From: Candidatus Latescibacterota bacterium
GTDB lineage: Bacteria; Latescibacterota; UBA2968
Assembly: GCA_965205975.1 (NCBI GenBank)
Contig: OZ242195.1
Span: 3,872,001-3,936,000 of the forward strand
DNA: 64,000 nt
Direction: 5' to 3'
In this document: one piece after another, positions 41,754-51,170 of the stretch
How positions within the stretch are numbered: position 1 is the stretch's first letter
How the letters are laid out: every line of letters begins with the position of its first letter
Made by a program: the position numbers and the translations under genes
Notes under the pieces: model-generated
Database searches by the model: none
The model's input: only the letters and a program-made list of their open reading frames with translations
What the model was told of the DNA's origin: nothing

Positions 41754-42020
41754 CAGGATGTACAGGATTAAAGGATGTACAGGATGAAAGGCAAAAGCAA
41801 AAGGCAAAAAGCATCCGCAGATGACGCAGATGACGCGGATGAAAAGGCGAAAGGCAAAGGCAACCACAGATGAACACCGATGAACACGGATGAAAAGGCG
41901 AAAGGCAGAGGCGAATCCGCAGATGACGCAGATGACACAGATAAAAGGCAAAGGCAAAAGCAAACCTTCTGGATCGCGGGTAACACCACCCCGCGATGAC
42001 ACCTTAGAGGCAAAGGCAAA
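41754..42020. repeat. Cluster of short repeats (CAGGATG/T 9-mers, CGCAGATGA 9-mers, AACACAGATG 10-mers, AAAGGC 6-mers, one family-B hairpin)
   Basis: Directly visible low-complexity intergenic mosaic. Confidence 0.85.
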
Positions 42021-42062
42021 AGCAAAATCTTCTCCAGTGGTAGCGCATCCGAGACACCTTTT

Positions 42063-42326
42063 TTATCCGAGTTTGACAAGAATGAGCGTTCCGAGTGTGA
42101 TCAACGTTGTAAGCTGCGTGCTGATCAAAATACCGATAAGCCAGCGAAAATCTGTTCTGGCGGTTTGGCGTGTTTCGGCAAAGCCATGCTCAACCTTTTG
42201 CTCAAGGCTGGTCAAGCGCGTCTCAAGGCTGGTCAAGCGCGTGGCGATTTGCTCAGTAATGCCTTCAACCCGCGATAGGCGGGCGTCAAACTCGGACAGC
42301 TTGTTTTCAACGGTTGGAAGCTGCAT
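42063..42326 (-). CDS. Small coiled-coil protein with C-terminal TM anchor (DUF1640/CCDC90-like)
   Basis: Heptads RLTSLET/RLTSLEQ, then FRWLIGIL TM; GGAG SD; paralog at 48145. Confidence 0.7.
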   Translation of the reverse strand: MQLPTVENKLSEFDARLSRVEGITEQIATRLTSLETRLTSLEQKVEHGFAETRQTARTDFRWLIGILISTQLTTLITLGTLILVKLG

Positions 42327-42397
42327 TGTAAAAACTCCAGTGAAAGGAATATACGGTTTAAGGAATATAAGGAATATGGGGGAAGAACAAAAGTAAA

Positions 42398-44038
42398 TTA
42401 CCTGCTTTCAGCCGCGAAGCGGATACCATTATTGGGTGGGGGTTCTGGCGCATTGGGATTGACTTGCTTCATAATCTGATCCAAATTCCCGACAACTATC
42501 GGATTGTACGCCTCCCATTGACGGATCGGCGCATCATTCTCGTCTCGGCGCCAGATCTGGACATCGCCGAATTGCTTCTCCACTGTATAGCCGGGAATAG
42601 TGAGATTGGTATTCTCCGACACAATATGGCTGACCGAAGCCGCAGTTATCTCCAGACCCTTGTTTATCGCACGCCCTGAATACGCATCGTAAAACGGTAT
42701 CTCCCGGTGCAAATAGTAGTAGCCAGGAAGGTTGTAATAAGGTCGGTCGGCCTGCCACACCCCCAGAACACCGGGCACGCGGGCGAGATAGCGATACGCG
42801 GCAAAAATCGGATCCTGATCGCGGATGAACCCCACCTTCCCCGTCTCTTTGGAAAAAGCGCGATAAATCTGAACCTGTGAAGGCAGCGCATTCAGAACCC
42901 CGCCTATTGAAATTGCCGCGAACAAACCCCCCACCAATCCCCAAACGCGCACATGCCCACCAAATCGCGCCACCACATCTGCACCGAGCAAAAGCCACAG
43001 CGGAACAACCGCAAAAACGAACCGGTACTCCTTGTGCGCCTGAACAGAATGAATGAGCAACACCAGAGCGACCATCGCCAGAACAAACCCATAACGCCGC
43101 ACATCGCGCAATGCGACAACCACACACAGCGCACCCAACCCCACACTCGCCAGCAAAAGCCACCACAAAAACTGGTATCCCGGGGACTCGCCAGCGCGCC
43201 CCTGATCAAAGATGAGATTAAAACGGATATTCGCAACATAGGAATGAAATAAACCGCCATCCCACGTCATCGCATCGAACACCCCCACCGCCAGCAAAAA
43301 CGCACCCGCAGCAACCAATAGCTGAACCTTCTTCTCCGTCCTCAAAAAGAACACACCCAAAAGCAACAATGCAATCGGCGCGTACTGCACTCGTATCGCC
43401 GCCGCCAGCACCGCCACAAGTGCCATCAACCAGACCGTCCCCATCCTGTGTACCGACGACCGCGCACACATCACCAGCAACGCCATCAACAGGGCCGTAG
43501 CCACAAACTCCGTCATCGGCTTGTGGGCAAACCCCACCAACTCATACCAGAAAGCACCAGCCAATAATGCAACCCGCGCCGAAGTCTCCCCAAAATGCCG
43601 CCGCGCAAAAAAATACATCCCCACTGGAATCAACAGAGAAATTGCACAAAACATCAGCTTGACACCGCCCACATACCAGAACGGCTCATCGAGTCCCACC
43701 AGATCAAACACCTTCAACACCCCCGCAACCATGCCCGGCACCAGCCATGCACGCGCCCCGTAAAAAAACTCCCAATACGTAACCCCATTCCCAAAAACCA
43801 GACGATGCGCCGGCTCCAAATACTGCATAATTTCATCCGGGTGCAAAACAAAATCGCCACACAGCGCAATCGCCGCACGCACCGCGAATGCCAAAACAAG
43901 CACTGGCAACAAAAACTTCCACGGACGCTCATCGGACACCTGCAAATGCAACACGCGATCCACCAAAGGGACCAACGACCTCTGCCGATCCCCGCGCGGA
44001 TCGCGGCGCGTCCTCCTTGTCTTCCTTCTGTTTGCCAT
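42398..44038 (-). CDS. GT-C fold glycosyltransferase (Alg9/PIG-B-like mannosyltransferase)
   Basis: HPDEIMQYLEPAH..TYWEF..GAR, HKEYRF motifs; many TM segments. Confidence 0.85.
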   Translation of the reverse strand: MANRRKTRRTRRDPRGDRQRSLVPLVDRVLHLQVSDERPWKFLLPVLVLAFAVRAAIALCGDFVLHPDEIMQYLEPAHRLVFGNGVTYWEFFYGARAWLVPGMVAGVLKVFDLVGLDEPFWYVGGVKLMFCAISLLIPVGMYFFARRHFGETSARVALLAGAFWYELVGFAHKPMTEFVATALLMALLVMCARSSVHRMGTVWLMALVAVLAAAIRVQYAPIALLLLGVFFLRTEKKVQLLVAAGAFLLAVGVFDAMTWDGGLFHSYVANIRFNLIFDQGRAGESPGYQFLWWLLLASVGLGALCVVVALRDVRRYGFVLAMVALVLLIHSVQAHKEYRFVFAVVPLWLLLGADVVARFGGHVRVWGLVGGLFAAISIGGVLNALPSQVQIYRAFSKETGKVGFIRDQDPIFAAYRYLARVPGVLGVWQADRPYYNLPGYYYLHREIPFYDAYSGRAINKGLEITAASVSHIVSENTNLTIPGYTVEKQFGDVQIWRRDENDAPIRQWEAYNPIVVGNLDQIMKQVNPNAPEPPPNNGIRFAAESR

Positions 44039-44205
44039 TTCGTCTCCGTGAGCGGAAAACTTACACCAATCTATTAACCAAAATAAAAAACAAACGCCTC
44101 ACGGGTCGGCAAAAAGACCTGGGAGGCACTTAAAAAAAGATAGAACCTTCTGGATCACGCGGGACGGCACAGGGGCCGTCCCCTACAACACCAGACTGCG
44201 ATGAC
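44008..44205 (-). repeat. Duplicated block Y copy 1: family-B/REP hairpin, terminator-like hairpin, RBS and first codons of the GT gene
   Basis: Near-identical to 46469-46687 and, in part, to 47701-47800. Confidence 0.9.
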
Positions 44206-44244
44206 GGTGATGGATTATTGGCGTCAGGCTTCAGGGCAATCGCG

Positions 44245-44825
44245 TCACGCATCCAACACGTGCTCAAATGCCTCAAGACTGGACACCTGAACCGCCGAGC
44301 GAAGCAACTGCTTCAGGCGCTGCAAATCATCAATCGCGGCAATGCGCGTGGATAGCGGGTGCGCTTCACGCAGATCAAATCGAATCTCCAACACGTCGAG
44401 GATATCTTCGAGCTTACTTCTTCTTTCACCTTCCTCAATACCCTGTTGCTTGATGTATTGTGTAAACGACGATTCGCGCATGATGGCGTCCATAAGACCC
44501 TCCTGTAAGAGAATGCGATTGATCAGTGCCTCATCATACTCTAACCCACTCAATATCATCAACCGCTCCAAAATGTCAACCTTTATTGATTCATCCACCC
44601 GCAAAGCATTTGCAGCGTCAACACAGTGATGCAGCCACGCCTCTGAATCTATGCCAACAGGACGCTTCATCAACGATGCAAATGGAAACAAGCCCGAAGG
44701 TCCACCATCAAGAATATCCTGTCCTTCTATCTCACTCAACCGAATCACTGTGTATTCTAACAAAACGCGACGGCCGAGAAAATCCTGGATATAATATCCC
44801 GGATCGCGCCGACCTGCATTGCGCC
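44245..44825 (-). pseudogene. 5'-truncated Rpn/YhgA-like (PD-(D/E)XK) gene; C-terminal small ORF 44245-44493 is intact
   Basis: High similarity to the 3' part of 48530-49495; homology breaks near 44825. Confidence 0.85.
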
Positions 44826-44940
44826 CCTAACTTGAATGCAGGAATCACTTTGAGAGATACATATAAATGGAACGCGCTGGGCGTTAAGCGTGTAAGTTTT
44901 GATCTATGGAGGATGGGATATCGTGAAAAATATGTACCTT
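44826..44940. repeat. Duplicated block X, about 115 bp, upstream of both Rpn copies
   Basis: Similar to 49626-49740 (TGAATGCAGGAA...TGTAAGTTTTGATC...GGGATATCGTGAAAAATATGTACCTT). Confidence 0.85.
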
Positions 44941-44942
44941 TA

Positions 44943-46499
44943 TCACTCCCGTGGAGAAAGATAGAGAATCGGCATTTTCTTGTTGATATATGCTTGCATC
45001 AACCTTTTTTTAAGCGCCCTCTCCCGCTCAAAATTGGCGATATGGTAGGCAATCTGTGGCCTCGTCCACTGCCAAAGACTATCCTTGTCGGGATTGTTAT
45101 CGCGCGTCTCGTTCCACCACTGCTCGGTCCATCCCGTCACACTATAACTATAAGCCCCGATGAATTGCACCGTAACGGACCAAATCAACAAAGCACCAAA
45201 CAGCACCCGCATGCGACGGTTGGCAACAACCCGCTCAATAATCGGAACCATCAACAGCGCAAAAAATGGAACCGTATCCACAATAGACCGATAACCATAA
45301 GCCGAGCCGCCCCACCAATCGTACCACATAGACGCCACCAGAATCAGCAACACAGTCGCCACTTGCAGGGGAAGCAAAGGTCGGTAGCGAGAATCTCGCC
45401 ACGCCAACACCGCGCCGACAACGCCGAACAACAGCACAGGAGAAAAGAAAACCAACCCTCGCGACGGACTGATAAAAAGCCCCGGCAGGCTCTCCCACAC
45501 GGGACTCTGCCAGAGATCGTCAGACCCCGTAGTCGCAAGCGCGATATTCTTCGACGTAATGGTCTGCCCAAACTCGAGAATATTACCAAAGTAGTAGCCA
45601 TTGTACGCTGCCAGGATAACGGCGAAAGGCACCCCCCCAAGCACAAAAGCAACGAACCCGCGGCGATTCACCCACAACAAATACGCCCCCACGCAAACAA
45701 CCACCACAGCACTCGTCGGACGGCACAAAACCGCCATGCCAAGAGCCGCACCACAATAAGCCGCATAGCACTCTCGCACTGAGATACCAAACAAAAAATA
45801 AGCACCAAGACTTAAAAAAAACGTATTCGCCGGATGCTGCCAAAGTGCCTGACTGCTAATGGGCCACGCGCAACTGCCCAGCCCAAACGCCAGAGCCACC
45901 AGAAACGCAGGTATGGGCGCGACAAAGCGACGCGCCGACAAAAAAATGAACAACGTCGCAAATGCGACCAGCAAAGAAGCGGTCAAGGCACCGCCGTGCC
46001 ACCACCAGTACCGATCGGATTCAACATCGACAAAAAAATCGAGAACCGCATAAATCGGCAGCCCGACAACCGCCGATCCAATCCCAAAAGCGTTGACATA
46101 CACATCGGGCCGCGTGGTCTGGGCAAGATAGTAGCCTCCTCTGGCTTTTAATTGGCCCTTCTCGTACAGATCATTGACCTCCTGATCCCAGGCGTTGACA
46201 GTGACACGAAGCGGATTCTCACCGGGCCGTTCCAGTGTCCATAAAAAAGCCCCCGGCGCATCTGGCGGACTGAGCGAAAAGGTGTTGCGCTTTAGCAGAT
46301 TCACGCTAAGCAGCATATTGCCTTCCTGATCACCACCAGGGAGAAAATCGCCATTGCTCACGTACGCCCCAAAGCAACCGACGAACAGGAGAACCGGCAG
46401 AAAGTATTTCGACAAAGCCACTCTCCCCCCAGCCTGCGCAGTCGGCGTTGCGCCTGGTCTTTCGAGACGCGTCCTTCTCGTTTTCCTTCTTCTTGCCAT
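44943..46499 (-). CDS. Polytopic membrane protein, probable GT-C glycosyltransferase
   Basis: SQALWQH, LCRPT, GLFISPSRGLVFFSP, WWGG.AYGYR; GGAGA SD; start MARRRK. Confidence 0.75.
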   Translation of the reverse strand: MARRRKTRRTRLERPGATPTAQAGGRVALSKYFLPVLLFVGCFGAYVSNGDFLPGGDQEGNMLLSVNLLKRNTFSLSPPDAPGAFLWTLERPGENPLRVTVNAWDQEVNDLYEKGQLKARGGYYLAQTTRPDVYVNAFGIGSAVVGLPIYAVLDFFVDVESDRYWWWHGGALTASLLVAFATLFIFLSARRFVAPIPAFLVALAFGLGSCAWPISSQALWQHPANTFFLSLGAYFLFGISVRECYAAYCGAALGMAVLCRPTSAVVVVCVGAYLLWVNRRGFVAFVLGGVPFAVILAAYNGYYFGNILEFGQTITSKNIALATTGSDDLWQSPVWESLPGLFISPSRGLVFFSPVLLFGVVGAVLAWRDSRYRPLLPLQVATVLLILVASMWYDWWGGSAYGYRSIVDTVPFFALLMVPIIERVVANRRMRVLFGALLIWSVTVQFIGAYSYSVTGWTEQWWNETRDNNPDKDSLWQWTRPQIAYHIANFERERALKKRLMQAYINKKMPILYLSPRE

Positions 46500-46790
46500 T
46501 TCATCTCCGTGAGCGGAAAACTTACACCAATCTATAACCAATATAAAAAACAAACGCCTCACGGGTCGGCAAAAAGACCTAAGAGGCACTTGAAGAAAGA
46601 GAGAACCTTCTGGATCGCGCGGGACGGCACGGGGCCTGCCCCGTAATGTCTCTATACGGGGACCGTCCCCTACTATGCCGTGATGTCACAGATGACAAGC
46701 TGGGTATTGGTTCTTGATTTTCAGTCCCAGGTTTTATATTTTTTTCGCAACAATCTATATCTTCCAAACCATTATTAAAGGATTTTAGAC

Positions 46791-47042
46791 ATGAATAAAA
46801 CGATAAAAACAAAAGTAACAGCCCAAGGGGTTTTGATCCCTCGGCAGTTGTTAGAAGGAATCGAAGAAGTGGAAATAAAAAAAGAAAATGATGTAATTAC
46901 AATTATGCCGACGGGACAGATAAATTCCAACGGTAGCCGTTCACAGCTTGATCCCATTTGGAATCTGGGAGAAAATCCAGTGGAATGTGATATTTCAGAT
47001 GCTTCCGAACAGCATGACAAATATTTGTATGGAACATCTTGA
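46791..47042 (+). CDS. AbrB/VapB-like antitoxin
   Basis: KVTAQGVLIPRQ; C-terminus DASEQHDKYLY; overlaps the PIN gene. Confidence 0.75.
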   Translation: MNKTIKTKVTAQGVLIPRQLLEGIEEVEIKKENDVITIMPTGQINSNGSRSQLDPIWNLGENPVECDISDASEQHDKYLYGTS

Positions 47043-47455
47043 TGAACTCAAATATATTCTTTCTTGATACAGGTTATCTCATTGCCCTTGAAGCTTCAAA
47101 CGACAAAAATCATACACGCGCAAAAAATCATTGGCAAAATCTTATTCGCTCGCGCCCGTCTTTAGTGACCACTTCCTTTGTATTTGATGAAGCGGTCACT
47201 TTTTTTAACAGTCGAAATCGACATGATAAAGCAGTTGAAGTTGGCTCGCGTCTCTTGAACAGTCCTTCCATTCGGTTAATCCAGGTGGATGATTCTCTTT
47301 TTCGCAAAGGTTGGGAATATTTCGAGCAACATTCAGATAAGCTCTACTCTTTGACAGATTGCATTTCATTTGTTGTCATGCAACAACAAAAAATTCAGAC
47401 CGCCCTAACTTTTGATAGACACTTTACGCAAGCCAATTTTTTGACCATTCCCTAA
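47039..47455 (+). CDS. vapC: PIN-domain VapC toxin
   Basis: FLDTGY, VFDE, SLTDCISF, LTFDRHF. Confidence 0.9.
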   Translation: MMNSNIFFLDTGYLIALEASNDKNHTRAKNHWQNLIRSRPSLVTTSFVFDEAVTFFNSRNRHDKAVEVGSRLLNSPSIRLIQVDDSLFRKGWEYFEQHSDKLYSLTDCISFVVMQQQKIQTALTFDRHFTQANFLTIP

Positions 47456-47541
47456 ATCTCCAGTGCTGTAACGTCAAGTCATCTTATGTCTTAATGTTTT
47501 AACTGCTCTCATCTCTTTTAAGCACTTCTCGACACAGATCA

Positions 47542-47690
47542 TTAGAACACATCTGCAAGTGGCAATTGCCAGCCGGGCACGACATCGCCGCCATCAATAA
47601 GACCCTCCTGTAAGAGAATGCGATTGATCAGTGTCTGATCATAGGCTAACCCACTCAATATCATCAGCCGACCCAAAATGTCAACCTTTC
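47542..47690 (-). pseudogene. Chimeric remnant: Rpn internal fragment fused in frame to a Uma2/DUF820-like C-terminus
   Basis: Manual translation KVDILGRLMILSGLAYDQTLINRILLQEGL|IDGGDVVPGWQLPLADVF*. Confidence 0.7.
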
Positions 47691-47831
47691 TTTAGCCGAG
47701 ATAAAAAAATAAACGCCTCACGGGTCGGCAAAAAGACCTAAGAGGCACTTGAAGAAAGATAGAACCTTCTGGATCGCGGCTTTAATCATGCCGCGATGAC
47801 AACAACAGCACAACGTCAATATCGCGCATTA

Positions 47832-48110
47832 TTATTTCAGCCCAACCTCTCGACGCAAGTCGTCAACGGATTGGGCGGGTTCTGTACCGGCTTTTGCTCG
47901 ATTTAGCGCTGTTGCCAATCGTTCCGCATTTTTGGGTGAGCTGAGAAGATGAGCGGTTTCTATGAGACTGGCAAGCTCAGACGCAGAAATCAAAGCAACA
48001 TCTTCATGCCCCGGACGGGTGATAATGACGTAATCACTGTCATCCGTCACATCTTTGCAGAGACTGGCGAGCCTATCGCGTGCCTGAGTATAGGAAAATG
48101 TTCTGGTCAT
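47832..48110 (-). CDS. Phd/YefM family antitoxin with no adjacent toxin
   Basis: SYTQARDRLASL..VIITR..LIETAHLLSSPKNAERL. Confidence 0.88.
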   Translation of the reverse strand: MTRTFSYTQARDRLASLCKDVTDDSDYVIITRPGHEDVALISASELASLIETAHLLSSPKNAERLATALNRAKAGTEPAQSVDDLRREVGLK

Positions 48111-48144
48111 ATTATTTGAAATATAAGGAATAACAAAGCCCGCC

Positions 48145-48429
48145 CTATTTGGGGAGATTCATCAAAATGGTAATTGACGTGCCGAAAATGGCGATCAGAA
48201 CCGTCAAAAGAAGTCCAACCGTCCATTTTAAATGGCTGGTCATGCGGGTTTCTATACTGTTCAAACGGTTGTCCACACGGGTTGACAATTCGCGTTGGCT
48301 TTGCTCAATGCTGGTCATGCGAGCGTCCATGCTGGTCAAACGCTGCACGATCTGATCAACAATCCCTTCTATTCGACTCATGCGCGTATCGATATCGGCC
48401 ATTCTGCTTTCTGCTGACGGAAGCTGCAT
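48145..48429 (-). CDS. Small coiled-coil protein with C-terminal TM anchor, paralog of 42063
   Basis: MQLPSAE..RMSRIEG, heptads, KWTVGLLL TM. Confidence 0.7.
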   Translation of the reverse strand: MQLPSAESRMADIDTRMSRIEGIVDQIVQRLTSMDARMTSIEQSQRELSTRVDNRLNSIETRMTSHLKWTVGLLLTVLIAIFGTSITILMNLPK

Positions 48430-48529
48430 TGTGTGTCCTATCATTTTCGAATGATACGTTTAAGCGCGCGGAACCTGGCCCCGTAGCTATAATATATTGA
48501 AGACGATGATAAATATGAAGGAAATCGCG

Positions 48530-49495
48530 TCACCCATCCAACGCTTGCTCAAATGCCTCAAGATTGGACACCTGGATCGCCGCACGGTGCAACTGCTTGA
48601 GACGTTGCAAATCATCAATCGCGGCAATGCGTTTGGATAGCGGGTGTGCTTCACGCAGGTCAAATCGAATCTCCAACACGTCGAGAATATCTTCAATCGC
48701 GCGTTGCCTGCCCCCTTGCTCAATACCTTGCTCAATACCTTGCTCAATACCCTGCTCAATACCTTGCTCAATACCTTGCTCAATACCCTGCTCAATACCT
48801 TGCTCAATACCTAATTGCTTGATGTATTGTGCAGACAATGATTCGCGCATAATGGCATCCATAAGACCCTCCTGTAATAGAATACGATTGATCAGTGTCG
48901 GATCATACGCTAACCCACTCAATATCATCAACCTGCCTAAAAAGTCAACCTTTATTGATTCATCCACCGGCAGCGCATTCGTCGCGTCAACACAGTGACG
49001 CAGCCACGCCTCTGAATCTATGCCAGACGGACGCTTCATCAACGGCACGAACGGAAACAAGCCCGAAGGTCCACCATCAAGAATATCCTGTCCCTCTATT
49101 TCACTCAGCCGAATCACGCTATATTTGATCACAGCAAGATGGCCGGACATTTTATGAATAAAGTGCCCCGGATCGCGCCGACCTGCATTGCGTCGCAAGT
49201 AGATCACACTGGAATAAATCGGCAGGTTGTGCTGCTCTATCGCACGTATCATATAGCCCGCCATGCGCAGCGGCATAGACGGATCGTCAGTGGTTTGAAA
49301 CTCCGTATGGATCAACGCCTCCTCACCTGCGATAAGGACGCGGATAAGGCTGTCCATGTGTCGTGTTTCAACGGTGTTTTGCTCTGTGTCGAGGATGTCG
49401 AGGACTTCTACATCGTCCTGTCCGAATGTGAGGCGGATGAAGTCTTTGGGGTAGGTTTGGATGAGGTCTTTAGAGATGGTGTCATATTCGGCCAT
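48530..49495 (-). CDS. Rpn/YhgA-like PD-(D/E)XK nuclease family protein with (IEQG)8 tract
   Basis: YD..KDL, RHMDSL, HTEFQT, PLRMAGY; 12-bp repeats at 48713-48808. Confidence 0.85.
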   Translation of the reverse strand: MAEYDTISKDLIQTYPKDFIRLTFGQDDVEVLDILDTEQNTVETRHMDSLIRVLIAGEEALIHTEFQTTDDPSMPLRMAGYMIRAIEQHNLPIYSSVIYLRRNAGRRDPGHFIHKMSGHLAVIKYSVIRLSEIEGQDILDGGPSGLFPFVPLMKRPSGIDSEAWLRHCVDATNALPVDESIKVDFLGRLMILSGLAYDPTLINRILLQEGLMDAIMRESLSAQYIKQLGIEQGIEQGIEQGIEQGIEQGIEQGIEQGIEQGGRQRAIEDILDVLEIRFDLREAHPLSKRIAAIDDLQRLKQLHRAAIQVSNLEAFEQALDG

Positions 49496-49753
49496 GTGGC
49501 ATGCCTCGCGTCTGATGGGTGAATTTGATCAGACACAAAGCAAATATCAGGCCAACATCACTGAATTGAGCGATACATTGTATGGACAGAAGCTCAAATA
49601 GCCGCATCAGGCGTTTAATATGCTGTAACCTGAATGCAGGAAGCACCTTTGGAGATACATACACATGGAACGCGCTGAAAGGTAAGAGTGTAAGTTTTGA
49701 TCCATGAAGAATGGGATATCGTGAAAAATATGTACCTTATTATTATAACGCAA

Positions 49754-50374
49754 TCATTTCTCGATACTGTGTTCAAGCCGGCCGATCTCGTCGCGCAGCC
49801 TGGCGGCTTCTTCGTACTCTTCCAGCGCAACCGCCTCTTGCAAACGCGCCTTGAGCGCATCTACCTGCTGCGTCACCTGATCGGGTGCCTCTTCAGTGGA
49901 TTCATCCTCTCCTGCAGCCCTTATAAAAGCAGCAATATTCTCAACGCCTTCAATGGGTGCCTCGGCCTCTTGCATCTCGACCGACAGCCCCGCCTCCTCA
50001 ATCACCTGATCTGCCACAAAAATCGGGGCATCAACGCGCAACGCCAATGCCAGCGCATCGCTCGGACGCGAATCAATACAAATCGATTCCCCATCGCGGA
50101 CAAGCGTAATCTCCGCAAAAAACGTCTCGTCTTTCAACGCACTGACCAGCACCTGCTCGACGTGTACATCGAACCCCTCTAAAATATCACACAACAAATC
50201 ATAGGCAATCGGGCGCGGCGGCGGCTCATCGTGAAGCGCTATAGAAATCGCAACCGCCTCAAAATTGCCAATCGCAATGGGCAAAAAGACCTTCTGGTCC
50301 TTATCCTTTAGCCAGACCAGCGGATGACTGCTATTGGGTTCAAGCTGCACGGCAATCACTTCCATTTCTGTCAT
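49754..50374 (-). CDS. Bifunctional nuclease family (DUF151) protein with C-terminal UVR domain
   Basis: LPIAIG.FEA, PRP..YDL, IDSRPSDALALA, EEYEEAARLRDEI. Confidence 0.92.
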   Translation of the reverse strand: MTEMEVIAVQLEPNSSHPLVWLKDKDQKVFLPIAIGNFEAVAISIALHDEPPPRPIAYDLLCDILEGFDVHVEQVLVSALKDETFFAEITLVRDGESICIDSRPSDALALALRVDAPIFVADQVIEEAGLSVEMQEAEAPIEGVENIAAFIRAAGEDESTEEAPDQVTQQVDALKARLQEAVALEEYEEAARLRDEIGRLEHSIEK

Positions 50375-50387
50375 GCGAGAAATCCTT

Positions 50388-50621
50388 TTAGATGAGGGAA
50401 TTAGATACAATATCGAATATAAAAGTCTCGAACCTCAAATCTCGTATATTTAGATTTTTGCAACCCTGCAATAACACGAGCCAACACATATTGACGGCAA
50501 TTGCAAAATACTCTGTCTCGTTACTCCGAACAACAGGAACAAGGTCAGTCACAAAAATAAGCAGATGTTTACGGATTCCAATTTCATCTTGAGCAAGAAT
50601 ACAGGTGCCCGCTAATCCCAT
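50388..50621 (-). pseudogene. Probably truncated paralog of the 12279 putative toxin
   Basis: First ~45 aa align with the 12279 ORF (MxLAGxC..HL.IF.TD...AI.VN); similarity is then lost. Confidence 0.55.
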
Positions 50622-51170
50622 GCATGTCCAATCATTTTTTCAAAATCCGCTCTGATAGCCAAATCTTCTCGTATATCCAATATATCATCCTCATCCCATC
50701 CAACAGCACGCAACCAATTATTCCACTCAATAGGTCGAGCAGTGTTACCCGTATCTTCATACTCTGCCAATTTGTGCGTCTGTTGAGATATTTCATGAAA
50801 AGACATATGTCCAACTTCTTCTATCACTTTGTTGATATATTCCATATTCGCTTCAGACAACGCACCTGTACCAACTTCAACATCTCGCAACTTTACAAGA
50901 TGTTTGGTATCAAGCCCCCAAAATACCTTATTCCAATACCTACCATTGCCTTCTTTTATCAATCTATATGTACAGCTCAATAACGGTCCAAACTTCATAT
51001 TACAAGGACGATCAAAAGTGATGGGATAACCGCGGTCCTCCAGAGACTTTCGATCTATCAAATAGATTATCTTGAGCAATTTGCCCATATCCATCTTATT
51101 GTTAAATTTCTTTACCAATAAGGCAGCAACCTGCACTGTTTTTCTCTCATCAAAATCAGGAAGTTTCAAG
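50612..51170 (-). CDS. Second Panacea/SocA-domain antitoxin (start uncertain)
   Basis: KTVQVAALL, KLLKIIYLIDR, TFDRPCNMKFGP, THKLAEYE; clear paralog of 12647. Confidence 0.78.

Larger units (their letters stand above)
260..41942. repeat. Dispersed family-A 9/10-mer tandem elements (GCAACCACAGATGAACACAGATAAACACGGAT and ATCCGCAGATG(N)ACGCAGAT types)
   Basis: Forward copies at 1847, 18627, 20579, 30621, 41813, 41860, 41915; reverse copies at 260-290, 2040-2071, 21419-21450, 26511-26550, 30850-30880. Confidence 0.88.

Noticed and set aside
41629..42079. Short ORFs across the repeat mosaic
   Set aside because: They are translations of 6-, 9- and 10-mer repeats (VICVICG etc.), not credible genes
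44040..47800. Integron attC sites in the cassette region
   Set aside because: No RYYYAAC...GTTRRRY boxes bound the repeated blocks, and no tyrosine integrase is present
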